Below are positions 51,704 through 64,000 of a DNA stretch of 64,000 bases, in pieces; position 1 is the first letter of the stretch, and the number at the start of each line of letters is the position of its first letter. The notes under the pieces are model-generated. The model was given only the letters and a program-made list of their open reading frames with translations. It ran no database searches and was not told the origin of the DNA. Made by a program: the position numbers and the translations under genes. The DNA is from Stegostoma tigrinum (taxonomy: Eukaryota), in the NCBI RefSeq assembly GCF_030684315.1, contig NC_081370.1, forward strand, positions 25,547,078 through 25,611,077, written 5' to 3'.

Positions 51704-53287
51704 AAACAAACCTTCCAGCTCAGCGAGCAAACTTACATCCAGAACTAGAACAATGTCCCCAATGAATGCTTTGCATTAGTCTTCACAATGGAAAAGGATG
51801 TTACAGATATAGACACGAGGATGGAGGATTGTGAAATATTTGAAGAAATTAACAGAGGCAGAGGTAGTACTAATGGATTAAGCAGCCTTAAAATTGTATA
51901 AATCCACAGTCCTAAATGAGATGGATCCCAAGCTGTAAGAAAGGAGATGGCATGTATTCTGGCACTAATTTTCACATCCTTTCTGGCCACAGATGAAATA
52001 CCAGAGAACTGGAGGACTTATAGCATTGTCTCATTATTAAACAAAGGCAGGAAGCAAGATATCAGGAAATTAGAATCTACCCTTTGTGGTGAGGATGTTA
52101 TTAGGAAGAATTCCATGGGACAGATTGTATCTGTACTTGGAAAGGTTCAGGTTAAACAAGAATAGTCAACATGGATTTATCAAGGGAAGATCGTGTTTGA
52201 CAAATCTGCTGAATTGCTTTTGAGGAGATGACTAGGAATGTTGATGAGGGAACTGCTCTTGTGGTCGACATGTACTCGGCAAGCCATTTAATAATTTCCA
52301 TGTGGCAGATTGGTCGAGAAAGTAAGGGTCAATGCAATCCAAGACAAATACGCACGACGGATCCAAAACATGCAGGAAGCAGAATGTGATGGTGAAGGGA
52401 TGCTTCTGTGACTGAAAGTCTGTTTTCAGTGAAGTTCCACAGGGCTCAGTGCTAGGATCCTCGCTATTTGTGGTGTACGTTCATGGTTTGGACTTGAATA
52501 TAGAGGCTATGTCCAAGAGTTGTGCGATGATATGAAAGTTGGTATGGAAGAAAACAGTGAGGAGGATGGCTATATGTATAAGATTATATAATTAGACTCA
52601 TCAGCTGGGCACAGCAGTGCAAATGGAATTCAACCCAGAAAACTACGGCAAAGCACATGGGAGGGTTAAAAATGCAGGGTAATTACACTGTGAATGGTAT
52701 CACCCTGGAAATTATTGAGGATCAGAGGGACTTTGGCATGCAGTCCCACAGCTCCCTGAACATAGGGGGGCATGCAGATAATGTGGTTAAGAAGACATAT
52801 GGGATACATGCTTTTATTGGTTGAGGCATAAAAAAACAACAGCACAGCAATTCTGCTGTAAGTGTATGGAAGGAATTCTTTAGTTAGCCTCCTCACTCCC
52901 CAAATCCTGTTCATGCTCTACAGAAAACAAGTTCTGACTGTTATGGAATATTTTTGACTAGACTGTATGCAATAACACTGAAGAAGATCAACACGATTTA
53001 TATCAAGCAACCCACTTGATTGGCAAGCCATTCATCACCTTTAGCTTTTATTCCGCCCAGCACTAATAGACAAACAAGATGTACTACAGCAACTCATCGA
53101 CGCTCCTTCAAAAGCGTATTCCAAACTCTTAACTTCTACTTCCTAGAAGGACAAAGACAGTAGACACATGACAAAACTATTACTTGCAAGTTCCCTTTCA
53201 AATCCACGTTCCCTCCTGACTTGCAGTTGATGTCACCATTCCTTTTAGGATTCGCAATCAAAATCCTTGAGGTTCCTCATTAACTTT

Positions 53288-53680
53288 TACTGTGGAGATA
53301 TTTTCTATATCAAACTGTTCAGAGATGTTATGACACACTTCTGGAGGGGGTGGGACTTGAAACCATGCCTCCTGGCTCAGCAGTAGGGACATTACCACTG
53401 CACCACAAGTGCTCTAAATAGTACTGTGGAGATATTTTCTCATCAACCTGTTAGAGATATTATTACACACCTCTGGAAGAAGTGGGGCTTATACTTGGGC
53501 CTTCTGGCTCAGCATTAGGACATTACCACTGCATCACAAGACCTCTGATACTATGTGTAGATATTTTAATCAATGTGCTCAGTGATGCAATTACATGCCT
53601 CTGGAGCAGGTGGGACTTGAACCTATGTCAGAGGTAGGGATACCACCATTGCACCACAAGAGTCCTTTAATAGTATGTGT
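53288..53680 (-). repeat. Three head-to-tail copies (~125-134 bp) of a short tRNA-derived SINE inside a LINE 3' region
   Basis: Units start at 53288, 53422 and 53549 with tact(a)tg(t)ggagatatttt-like sequence and end near accactgcaccacaag. Confidence 0.85.
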
Positions 53681-55719
53681 ATGTACCTACACTAGATGGA
53701 TTTCAGCTGTTCAAGAATACAGTCCAATTCACCTTCTCATAGGTAGTTACAGTTGAGGAATAAATAGTGACTCTCAACTATCATATTAAAAACAATGTTC
53801 AAACAGTGTAAAAAGGATAACTAGGTGTTGCAAAGAAGATCTTAGTAAAGGCTGTATTGCACTTACTTTGCTCCAGCTTTGCCAAGAATAAAAGTTTTAT
53901 CTGACATTGAAGTCATTGAGAAGACGACATTAACTTCCTCAGCCACCTTCTTCAACTGTATTTTTATTATGACACAAAATGATCTTCTCCTCCATGTACC
54001 AGAACCTTTCACACCTTACCTTCACTATTTCCATTTCAAGGTGACTGAAGTCTTGTGCTTCTCAGCCTTGAAGATATTTTTTATCCTTTAACCTGCTCTG
54101 ATAGAATGTCAATGAGAGCTGCTGAAGGATCTTAAATCATGTAGAAGCACCTCAACTTCTGCTTCTACATGCACCTATGTACACAATCACTGGCAAGTCT
54201 TTAGCAGCGGCTTGCCAGAAGTTATTTGAATAATTTACATTGGGATATTTGCCAATAACAGTAGGTTAAATGGCCAGATAGAATTACATCTATCCTCTTC
54301 TTGTTCCATAGTAAAAAAAGTCTGTATTTTTCAGTAATGTTAGTATATTGCAGGTCATAATTTCAAAGTCAAAGAAAAGTTCCTGCTTTTAAGCATATGG
54401 AAACAAGTATATGCCAATTTTAATACAATACCTGTACACTCTCAAGGCTAATGCAAGGGCCATTTTAAAACAGCTATTCTTGCTTTGATGTTATCCCCAG
54501 ACCTGAGTAGATTTCTCAAAGACTGCCACATATTCACATCACAGAAGGAGGTCCTTTGGACCATCTTATCCATGCCGACCAATAAAGATCTGCCAACACT
54601 CTTCCCATTTGCCAGCTTTTCCCCATGGTTCTTGCAAAGCAAGTGAATATTTCAATATTTTTCAAAGGTTGTGAGAGTTTCTAACAAAGCTATCCTTTCA
54701 GGCAGTGATTTCCAGACTCCCTCACCCTCAGCAGGTACAGAAGAAATGATACTTAAAAAGAACATTGATTTTCAGTCAATCTATTTTGGAATATCACCTT
54801 GCAGTTTCTAGATGACTGGGTATATGTCTCTTGTTCTGTTTTGATCATTGAAATAGCCCTTCTGTTTTTGGTCTTATTTTCTGTGTACCAAATCATTAGG
54901 AATCACCACTTATACAATTGTAAGACACTACTCCCAGTGTATAATCAGAGGCATTCGAATTTCATTTGCATTGTTGATGTATGAACATTACATTTCCAAT
55001 CTTAGATTGGCTGTGTTGTCGATGCCAAATTCCTACTGCATGTTTTTTTAAGAAAATGATGGTTACTTTACCAATCTCACTTCTTACTATCTGCTGATTT
55101 GTTCTTTAAAATGTCAGTGATATCTCTTCTATGACAGCTCATCCCTCCTACTTTGTCAACTTCATATATCTCTAAGACAATGTAGCATGAGCAGAGTAAT
55201 TTGTGCATCTGCCTAGAGTATGCACTGTCATTGATACATCTAAATATTCTCCAGAATTTATCAATTTCCTTTACCTGCAAGAACAATATATGGCTTCAAA
55301 CTAACTGTTGCTCTCTAAAATTAAAGTTCAAAATTATCATAAAAATACATTGTGCTGTTACATACTTCAAATTACAAAACTAAACTATTTTAAACAATAA
55401 TACGTCTTCTACCTCAAAGGCTTTTCACATTTATGAGCCTAAGTTTACATTAGTTTGAAGCATAAAAACAGCCACAAGAAGACCTACAGTCTTACTTTTG
55501 AGCTTGGCAGTCTAGCTAAGCTTCATATTGAAAGTATTTTACAAATACCTACAATTAATTAGAATATAATTTAGAATGTAAAATTCCAATGTTTGCTTTT
55601 CTTGATACAAAAAGACGCTGGAGAACTGCTTTAGTACCTGTGAATGTAGGTAAAGGTTTTTTTTATGAACAAAGTATACTTTTTGCAATAAAATAAAAGA
55701 TTGGTTTCCTTTGGAATGA

Positions 55720-56985
55720 ATGAAGGAAGGGCAGATGGGAGCACTGCTCCCGCTCCCTCTCTTTGTGGGTAAAAACCTGCTCATCAGTTGTGAGGTGCTC
55801 TTAGTGTTGCCGCACATGGCACACATCTGGCCTATTCCCCAATGCAGTCACCTGAGTCATCTTCTACTTCACCTGGAGGTCAAAGCTGGGCTGTGTTCAC
55901 AGAGACACCACGTACGAAGGTCTGGATAAGGGAGAAACAATGTACCAAATGCCACCCTCCTCTTGATGGCTAACTTGCATCAGTTGTGCATAGACCCTCG
56001 GTCTACAATCATCAAAGGAAACCATGTACTGAGATTCTACCTGCCCATGCTGTTACGAAGAGTACATCTGGCCTCGTTGCTGCGGAATGATCCAAGTAGT
56101 TGGACCATCCTGTATCACCTGTTCTTCTTGGAAAAATTTGTAAGGGAAATAGCTTTGACCACAGGTCCATCAAAAAGGTTTCGGCAGATACCATCCTCGA
56201 GACCCTGTGGGAAAAGGAGAGAGCGGATCCTGACAGATGGTTCCCTGAGCAGACTGTCAAAGTCATTTGGCGGAATGACACACCTGCAAAAAACAGGTGA
56301 AAAGGTCACTATTTGTAAGATCCGTCATGTACGTCCAGAGTCTCTTGGCCACCCCATTGCCCTTGAAATGCTTGCGCTGGTGAAGACACTGCTACAAGTC
56401 TACCAGTAGATCGTGCCTTTTCAAAGTAGGTCTGGAGAGGGACAATTTGGTTTTTTTTAAAGAGGCTGGTCCCGAGCAGCTCTGGGGCGCAGGTCTCTGT
56501 GCCCTATAGGCTGTTCCTGGGTCACACACTGAGACAAACATTGACTGTTCCTGGAGAACCATCAACTCAATGAAAGACACCTTTGGTCTGCCCAAAACTC
56601 ATTGCTCTTCCAATGCAAAGAGTTGGCATTGATCAAGAGTTGCAGATTGGCACATTCCAAGGCCCAGAACTCGGTGCTGAATGATGCACTATAGCTGTGG
56701 ACAACTGTCTCCAAGTAGCAGTGGGGTAAGACCACTGTTTAAGGTCTTTCTGCCAAAGTACAATGGGGATCTGTTAAGATTTGTGTCCCCCTCATTTGCC
56801 TTAAAGGAATGTAAAGTTTTCTTTCAGAATTAGAAATCCCCTTTTTTGCAACTGAATTGAAGGTGTAATGACAAATGTCAAAATTCCACTGCATTTTCTG
56901 TGAAGTCTAAAGGAACCTGAGTTGTAATAGTTTTTGACTTATAGATAATTTATGAATGAAACATATTTTTGAAATTAAAAATTCA
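55720..56985 (+). mobile_element. Degenerate Tx1/L1-clade LINE 3' portion
   Basis: LFVGKNLLISCEVLLVL (L1-type post-RT motif); WFPEQTVKVIWRN; A-rich end; a further tail-like piece at about 55560-55700. Confidence 0.6.
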
Positions 56986-57762
56986 GCTTCCTTTAGTTAA
57001 CGAGAAGCATTTTTGTATTTTGCCCAAAAATTACAGGGGAGGTATGTGTTAACTGTGCACAGTATTAACCCTTTTGCTGACCATAACATGCTATTAAAGC
57101 AGTGCATATCTGCATTACATGCTTCTTCAAAGTATTATTAGCTTCCAATTGGTGTCGTACTTATGACTTATTCAAGATGTAATGAAACATAACAAGTCAT
57201 TCCAATACAAGGTTCAAGGCCGCAAAAGTATTGCTTTGCCATATTCTGCATGTGTAGCAGGAAAGGAACATTTGTCATTCTGGAAAACGAAAGATTGTGT
57301 ATGTAAGTCCTTCCTGTTTTGAGGTATTATACAAGGTATTCCATCATATTCAGCATTACTTCAATAAGCAAACCTCACATTTTCTCCAAATCAGATTGCA
57401 TCTTTTTCTGCCCAATGTTGGGGTAAATGAGAAACAAGTGCCAACTATTTTAACAGAGAACCCTTGACCGATACACTAGCTACTGGAATATTCTCCTCTC
57501 TGAACATCAGCCAAGATAAATATTCATGCCAAATTGAAGCACAGACTTTGAGCCAATTGGTGGCTTTATTTATATAAGATAGACCAAGCAGTTCACATTA
57601 CAAATGAACTACACTACTGTACACTCCTTAGCTTTTGCACCCTCTTGATTATGGGCTTTTGGGCAGAAGATTTAGTTTACCGCATTATTTCACATTGGAT
57701 AATTATATGTAAATATCTGTAAGATTCTGGGAAAGGGAATAACACATTCAATTCTTTGAACC

Positions 57763-60452
57763 AGAGATAATGTGAACTGCAGATGCTGGAGAATCCAAGA
57801 TAACAAAGTGCGGAGCTGGATGAACACAGCAGGCCAAGCAGCATCTCAGGAGCACAAAAGCTTACTTTTCAGGCTTAGACCATTCATCAGAAAAGGGGGA
57901 TGGGGAGACGATTCTGAAATAAATATGGAGAGAGGGGGATGTGGACTGAAGATGGATAGAGGAGAAGATAGGTGGGGAGGAGAGTATGGGCGGGGAGGGA
58001 GGGAGGGGATAAGTCAGTCCGGGGAGGATGGGCAGGTCAAGGGGGCAGGATGAGGTTAGTAGGTGGGAAATGAAGTTGCGGCTTGAGGTGGGAGGAGGGG
58101 ACAGATGAGAGGAAGAACAGGTTAGGCAGGCTGGGATAAGCTGGGCTGGTTTTGGGATGCAGTTGGGGGAGGGGAGATTTTGAAGCTGATGAAATCCACA
58201 TTGATACCAACGGGCTGCAGGGTTCCCAAGCGGAATAGGAGTTCCTGTTCCTGCAACCTACAACTGGCATCATTATGGTACTACAGAAGGCCCAGGATGG
58301 ACATATCATCTAAGGAATGGGAGGGGGAGTTGAAATGGTTCGTGACTGGGAGGTGCAGTTGTTTACTGCGAATCGAGCGTAGGTGTTCTGCAAAGCGGTC
58401 CCCATGCCGCCGCTTGGTTTCCCTGATGTAAAGGAAGCCACAACGGGTACAGAAATGCAGTATACCACATTGGCAGGTGAACATCTGCTTGATGTGGAAA
58501 GTCATCTTGGGGCCTGGGATGGGGTGAGGGAGGAGGTGTGGGGGCAAGTGTAGCACTTCCTGCGGTTGCAGGGGAAAGTGCCAGGTGTGGTGGGGTTGGA
58601 GGGGAGTGTGGAGCGGACAAGGGAGTCACAGAGAGAGTGGTCTCTCCAGAAAGCAGACAAGGGTGGGGATGGTAAAATGTCTTTCGTGGTGGAGTCGGAC
58701 TGTAGATGGCGGAAGTGTCGGAGTATGATGCGTTGTATCCAGAGGTTGGTAGGGTGATATGTGAGGACTAGGGGGATTCTCTTTTGGCGGTTATTCCGAG
58801 GGTGGGGTGTGAGGGTGAGGTGCAGGAAATGCGGGAGACACGGTCGAGGGCGTTCTCGACCACTGCAGAGGGGAGTTGCGGTCCTTGAAGTACGAGGACA
58901 TCTGGGATGTGCGGGAGCGGAATGCCTCATCCTGGGAGCAGATGCGGTGGAGTCAAAGGAATTGGGAATAGGGGATGGAATTTTTACAGGAAGGTGGGTG
59001 GAAGGAGGTGTATTCCTGGTAGCTGTGGGAGTCGGTGAGCTTGAAATGGACATCGGTTTGTAGGTGGTTGCCTGAGATGGAGACAGAAAGGTCCAGGAAG
59101 GTGAGGGATGTGTTGGAGATGGTCCATGTGAACTTGAGGTTGGGGTGGAAGGTGTTGGTGAAGTGGATGAACTGTTCGAGCTCCCCTTGGGAGCATGAGA
59201 CGGTGCTGATACAGTCATCAATGTAACGGAGGAAGAGGTGGGGTATGGGGCCAGTGTAGGTGCGAAAGAGGGACTGTTCCATGTAACCTACAAAGAGGCA
59301 GGCATAGCCTGGGCCCATGTGGGTACCCATGGCCACCCCCTTGGTCTGTAGGAAGTGGGAGGAATCGAAGGAGAAGTTGTTGAGAGTGAGGACGAGTTTG
59401 GCTAGGTGGATGAGGGTGTTGGTGGAGGGAGACTGGTCGGGTCTGTGGGACAGGAAGAAGCGGATGATCTTGAGGCCATCTGCATGGGGAATGCAGGTGT
59501 ATAGGGAGTGGACGTCCATGGTGAAAATGAGGTGTTGGGGACCGGGGAATTGGAAGTTCTGGAGGAGGTGGAGGGCGAGGGTGGTGTCACGGACGTAAGT
59601 AGGGAGTTCCTGGACCAAGGGGGAGAAAATGGAGTCCAGATAGGTGGAGATAAGTTCGGTAGGGCAGGAGCAGTTGGAGACAATGGGTCGATCAGGGCAG
59701 GTGGGTTTGTGGATTTTGGGAAGGCGATAGAAGCGGGCTGTGCGGGGTTGGGGAACAGTGAGGTTAGAGGCTGTGGATGGGAGGTCACCTGAGGTAATGA
59801 GGTCATGGATGGTTTGGGACATGATGGTTTGGTGTTCGGGGGTGGGGTCATGATCAAGGGGGCAGTAGGAGGAGGTGTTGGAGAGTTGGCATCTGGCCTC
59901 AGCAATGTAAAGGTCAGAGAGCCATACTACAACTGCGCCTCCCTTGTCTGCGGGTTTGATGGTGAGGTTGGGATTGGAACGGAGGGAGCGGAGGGCTGCC
60001 CGTTCTGCAGGGGAGAGGTTGGAGTGGGTGAAAGGGGTGGAGAGGTTGAGGCAGCTAATGTCTCGACGGCAGTTGGAGATGAAGAGGCCGAGGGAGGGTA
60101 GGAGGCCTGGGGGTGGTGTCCAGAAGGAGGGCTTGTGTTGGAGGCGGGAGAAGGGGTCAGTGGAGGGAGGGTTAGGCTCCCGGTTAAAGAAGTAAGCATG
60201 GAGGCGAAGGCGGTGGAAAAACTGCTCGATGTCCATACGTGTCTGGTATTCGTTGATGTGTGGGTGGAGGGGGCCAAAGGTGAGTCCCTTGCTGAGGACT
60301 GACCGTTCATCTTCCATCAGTGGGAGATCTGGGGTGATGGTGAAGACTCGGCAGGGCTCAGTGGGGCTGTCTTCTCTGGGGTAGCTGGCTGTGGAGGCTG
60401 TGGGCGGAGCGATGTGGTCGTCGGCTGTGGGCGGGGTTGTGTTGACGGTGGT
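57763..60452 (-). mobile_element. Long Neptune-type PLE: RT ORF 58953-60317, frameshifted GIY-YIG, pLTR
   Basis: LSKGLTF, IKPADKGGAVVV, LPKIHK, GVAMGT, FLRYIDD (PLE RT); C-terminus matches 43077-43844; hammerhead core mutated. Confidence 0.95.
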
Positions 60453-60529
60453 TTTGCTTTCAATTAGATCATATCCGCATATCTAAAATCCATTTATGAG
60501 TTTTGTTTCCATATTGATTGGCATTCTTG

Positions 60530-61640
60530 CTGACAAAAATTCTATCAATCTTAATGTTAATGCCTTTAATTAATCTCATCTCAATAGATTTTTGGGAAAG
60601 AGTATTCTAGAATTTCATTATATTGTGTATGATGAAGAATTGACTTGATATCACATCTGAACAACCTAAGTGTAACATTAAAGTTATGTCCTCTCACTCT
60701 AGACTCTGGTACCAGAAGAATTAGTTTCTTTTTAGCCACGTAATTGACACCCTGACAACACTTTAATTCACTACCTAATTTATTAATCTCAAGAAAGTAT
60801 GTCTTCATTAAAAATAATCAATGAGCCAGTCTCTACTTGTCTCTGGGGAAGAGAATTCCACAGAACAATAACCCTCTACGAGGCGATTGTTCTCCTCATC
60901 TGTCTTAAATGGGAGGTTTCTTTTTAAATTGTCATCCCAAGTTTTGAAGGACGATCACTGGACCTGCAACAGTAACTGAACATCTCCACAGATGTTGCCA
61001 GACCTGCTGAGTTTTTCCAGCAATTTCTATTTCTGTTATCCCTAATTTTAGTTTCTTCCACAAAGTGATGTACTTATGACTTATTCAAGATATAATAAAA
61101 AATAGAGTCATTTCAATACAATTCCAATACAATATCCTCTCAGTGTCTATCTTGTCAATAACCATTAGGATTTAATATGCTTTAATAAGATTACCTCAGT
61201 GATTACCTCTCATTCTTCTGAATTCCCAAAGATATAGGCCAATCTGCCTCATAAGATATTACTGTGACAAAGGGGTTCAATCAAGTGAATATTATCTGAA
61301 CTGTTTCTAATGCTATCCCTTCTGAAGTAAGGAGACCCAAATTGTCCATGGGATTGTACAATTATAGCAAACTGTCTCTACTTTTATATTCCATTCCTCT
61401 TGCAAAAAATGATAAAATTCATTTGCGTCTCTAATTAATTCCTGTAACTAGAAACACATGATTTGCAATTCATGTAAAAGGATACTCAGTTACGTCTGTA
61501 CCATGGAACTTTGCAATGTTTTTCCATTTAAATATTGTGCTTGTTTTTATTCTTCCTGCCAAGGTGGACAAGTTCACATGTTCCCACATTTTACCCTACC
61601 TGCCTTTTTCCTCACTTTACTTAAACTATCTAATGTGTCA
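60530..61640 (-). mobile_element. Degenerate CR1 3' fragments
   Basis: LVPESRVRGHNF; ctggggaagagaattccacaga 3' motif. Confidence 0.6.
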
Positions 61641-61659
61641 TCCAAGATTAGGTGAATGC

Positions 61660-63000
61660 AGTGGACAAGGGGAAAATTCATTGATAGTTTCCACAGCATG
61701 ATCTACCCTCTTCTTGAAGTGAGTAATCATGGTTGCAGTCATGAAGTCTGTGAGGGGTTCTGGGAAGAGACGTGTAGGAAAGTTGTCTTTCAACCCAAAT
61801 CTATTGGTTCTATACTTAGGGCTTAGGTATGAGCAAAAGTCCACTAGCTTTGAAGACCTCAACCAGGATACTGGGGCCACAGGGTTTGTTGTTTCTCATG
61901 CATTTGATTTCTTGTTGCAATTCTCTCATGGATGGATTCTACTACCAACTACTAGGATTTTGTTGGAGCATATCAGCTGCAACAATGGAATCATGGCTCA
62001 GGAGTTTTTGAAAATGTTCTTCTCAGCATTGTCAGATGTTATTGTCATCCTTGAGAAGAAACAAATGTGAACAAAGGGGATTTTGTCTATTGGACCTTCA
62101 TCTATAGATTGCTCTGGTCACTTGTTTACAAAGTCACATATAATACACCCTTTTTTTTTAATGCACAGACCGCTGAGGTCAACGCACAACTTTGACTTCT
62201 GAAACTAGAAGTCAGTGTGTGTGCTCTGATTGTCATGTGCAGAACTGAAAACATTGGTCACATATTCCAGCTTCATTTTTGTTAAAGCAGTTTTGGTGAC
62301 AGATGCAGCTCAAACTAAGGACACAGGAACTGAGTGCAGCTGACTCTACACAACATTAATGTTCCAGAATGGTGTTGCTTCAGTATGTGGTAATTTTTCA
62401 GATTCGTCATGAGCTCTGTTTGCATTTCTTCACTTTGGCCAATCTGTTTTAGGACTCAGACATTGATCTGCTTCCTCTTGGGCACGGCGTGCTAATGTGG
62501 TTTGCAGTATTCGCAGAGTTTGGAAGTCACTGCCAAGCATCGACTTCGAAGGATTGTGTTGAAGAAGAAAAGCTAGTGGGAATGCTAATCAGGAGGTGCC
62601 AGTTCTTTGGTCTAGGGAGCCTTTGTGTAGCTTTACATGTTTATGTATATTATGCCTTTTCTCGATGAGTTACTTTGTTGGTAAACCATGAGGCTTTATG
62701 GATTGTGCTCCAAAGATCTGGAGGTCCAGGTATCATAATCCTGCGATTGCTTCATAATGCTGTAATTTTAACTGTCTTGAGAGGAAGATTTGAACTAAAT
62801 GCTGCCATAGTTCAGAGCAGTGTCTTGCAATGCTGTGTGATAAACTTCACATTTCTTATACTTTACCAAACAGTAGCTGTTCACTTATCAGAAGCTAACT
62901 GCTCTCTGCTGTGTCTATTAAATATTGCCCGGAAGGAAAACTCTTAGCCTCAGTTCATCTTCATCAAGGCTAAAATGACCCATAAGTAAGTATGACCTAC
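61660..63000. mobile_element. Ancient RTE-clade LINE relic with an inverted 5' part
   Basis: Minus strand PSMRELQQEIKCMRNNKPCGP..LVEVFKASG and CGNY-like motif; plus strand LVNHEALWIVLQRSG..ILRLLH (RTE RT-like). Confidence 0.55.
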
Positions 63001-64000
63001 TGTATGTAGATAATTAAGGAGTACAGGGCAATAGATGAATAAGATCTGAAGTAAGTTATGAATGATCACAACAAGTTTATAAGGGGCTGATGGTGGGAGG
63101 CCAATCGAGAAAGCACTGAAATAGTAAAGTCGAGATATAATGAAGGCTGAGTGACACCGTCAGCAGGAGCTGAGCCAATGCACGTTGAGTCAATTGATAT
63201 TATGAATATAATGAATATAAACACCTCTGCATTACAGAGTAACAGTCGACTAGAATCTGAGAATTTCAAATATTTCCACCACTATATAGTGGCAAATTTA
63301 ATTTTTTTTTAAAGGCAGGGAACTATTTCCACACATTTGCTGTCTGGGTATCCATGTGAACAACAAAACCTCATCCTGGCCTCTTGCACAGTCAGATTAA
63401 TCTCTGTAGCACCATGTTATCGGGGTCCTGCAGCTCATAAAAATCAAAATGGGTGCATGATGTACAAAAATACTTCCAATGTGGTGTATAAGACAATGTC
63501 TTGATAAAGGTATTGTGTATAATAACCACTGGCAACACACTAAGCAGCAGGATAATAATAGAAATCAGTGAGCAAGATTATCTCGATATCAGTGCTGCCA
63601 AATATCATGCTGCAGCCATCTGTCAGAACATCACACTTCTGAAATGACATTAAATAGAATGAAGGATTGTGAACTACCAACAAGGTTCTTGTTGAATGAT
63701 TTCATCTACCACCTTGTGGAATTGTATATATTTCTAGTGATTTCATTTTTTTGGCTAAAATTCAGATATGCTACAGGGAGTAATCTGGATAATCTCCAAG
63801 TTGTTTTCAGACATTTAAAATCTTAGCTCAGATATAGTGCTTTCAGATATAGGTGAACAGGGTATATAACGTTATGTAACATGGCAGAATGAAGAGTTAC
63901 TGTGCGAGAATCTGTAAGAAGGACATTCAACAGGCAGTCTAAGTCTTTGGGCACAACACTCTTACTTGAACTTTAAAGAAGAAGAATGCACAAGGCCTCA

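Larger units (their letters stand above)
50602..51743 (+). mobile_element. Young Poseidon-type PLE with inverted 3' arm and 12-bp TSD; open GIY-YIG ORF 51027-51683
   Basis: NVIYKIPCKNCGKRYIGQTGRKLATRIHEH; 50640-50959 is the inverse of about 51404-51743; TSD actagaacaatg at 50590-50601 and 51744-51755. Confidence 0.95.
50350..52830 (+). mobile_element. Degenerate CR1 ORF2 region interrupted by the Poseidon PLE
   Basis: ATDEIPENWRT..IVSLLNKG; catggatttatcaagggaagatcgtgtttgacaaatctg ([13 protein letters not shown]). Confidence 0.75.

Noticed and set aside
53288-53680. Repeat-spacer pattern reminiscent of a CRISPR array
   Set aside because: The whole units are homologous SINE copies with no unique spacers, there are no cas genes, and the context is eukaryotic
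55700-55760. U2 snRNA-like fragment (ggagcactgctccc) as a Tx1 target
   Set aside because: Similarity is too weak; the sequence translates as Tx1 ORF2
61638-64000. Exons of a neighbouring host gene (human synteny would suggest C11orf24)
   Set aside because: ORFs are explained by RTE relics or are unrecognisable; no supportable exon

Overview
Eukaryotic, repeat-rich vertebrate DNA, very probably shark (inferred from HE1-type V-SINEs, HER1/CR1 LINEs and Deu-type SINE relics). The only host gene I can support is KMT5B (SUV420H1, H4K20 methyltransferase) on the minus strand. Five coding exons (13542-13701, 10686-10830, 5773-5938, 3352-3461, 701-867) have canonical GT-AG sites and consistent phases. 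The gene continues off the left edge, and a CpG-island promoter with a probable non-coding exon 1 lies at about 25.2-26.7 kb. The remaining ~37 kb is intergenic and filled with nested retroelements: CR1 LINEs (one with an almost intact ORF2), L2, Tx1 and RTE relics, tRNA-derived SINEs, and Penelope-like elements (PLEs) of the Neptune and Poseidon types. The most notable pattern is a set of minimal hammerhead-ribozyme motifs (CUGANGA...GAAAC-GUC) in four PLE terminal-repeat families. The Neptune-type repeat also occurs as short, non-coding, mostly fold-back insertions with 13-18 bp target-site duplications. Other observations are two candidate poison exons in the KMT5B intron at 5939-10685 (one from a CpG-rich antisense SINE), a Kozak-context uORF at the promoter, a perfect 44-bp inverted repeat in intron 1, a tandem SINE stack at one LINE target site, and several template-switch chimeras. 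Most short ORFs in the track are TE fragments or noise. Repeat boundaries were read by eye and are approximate unless a TSD is quoted.
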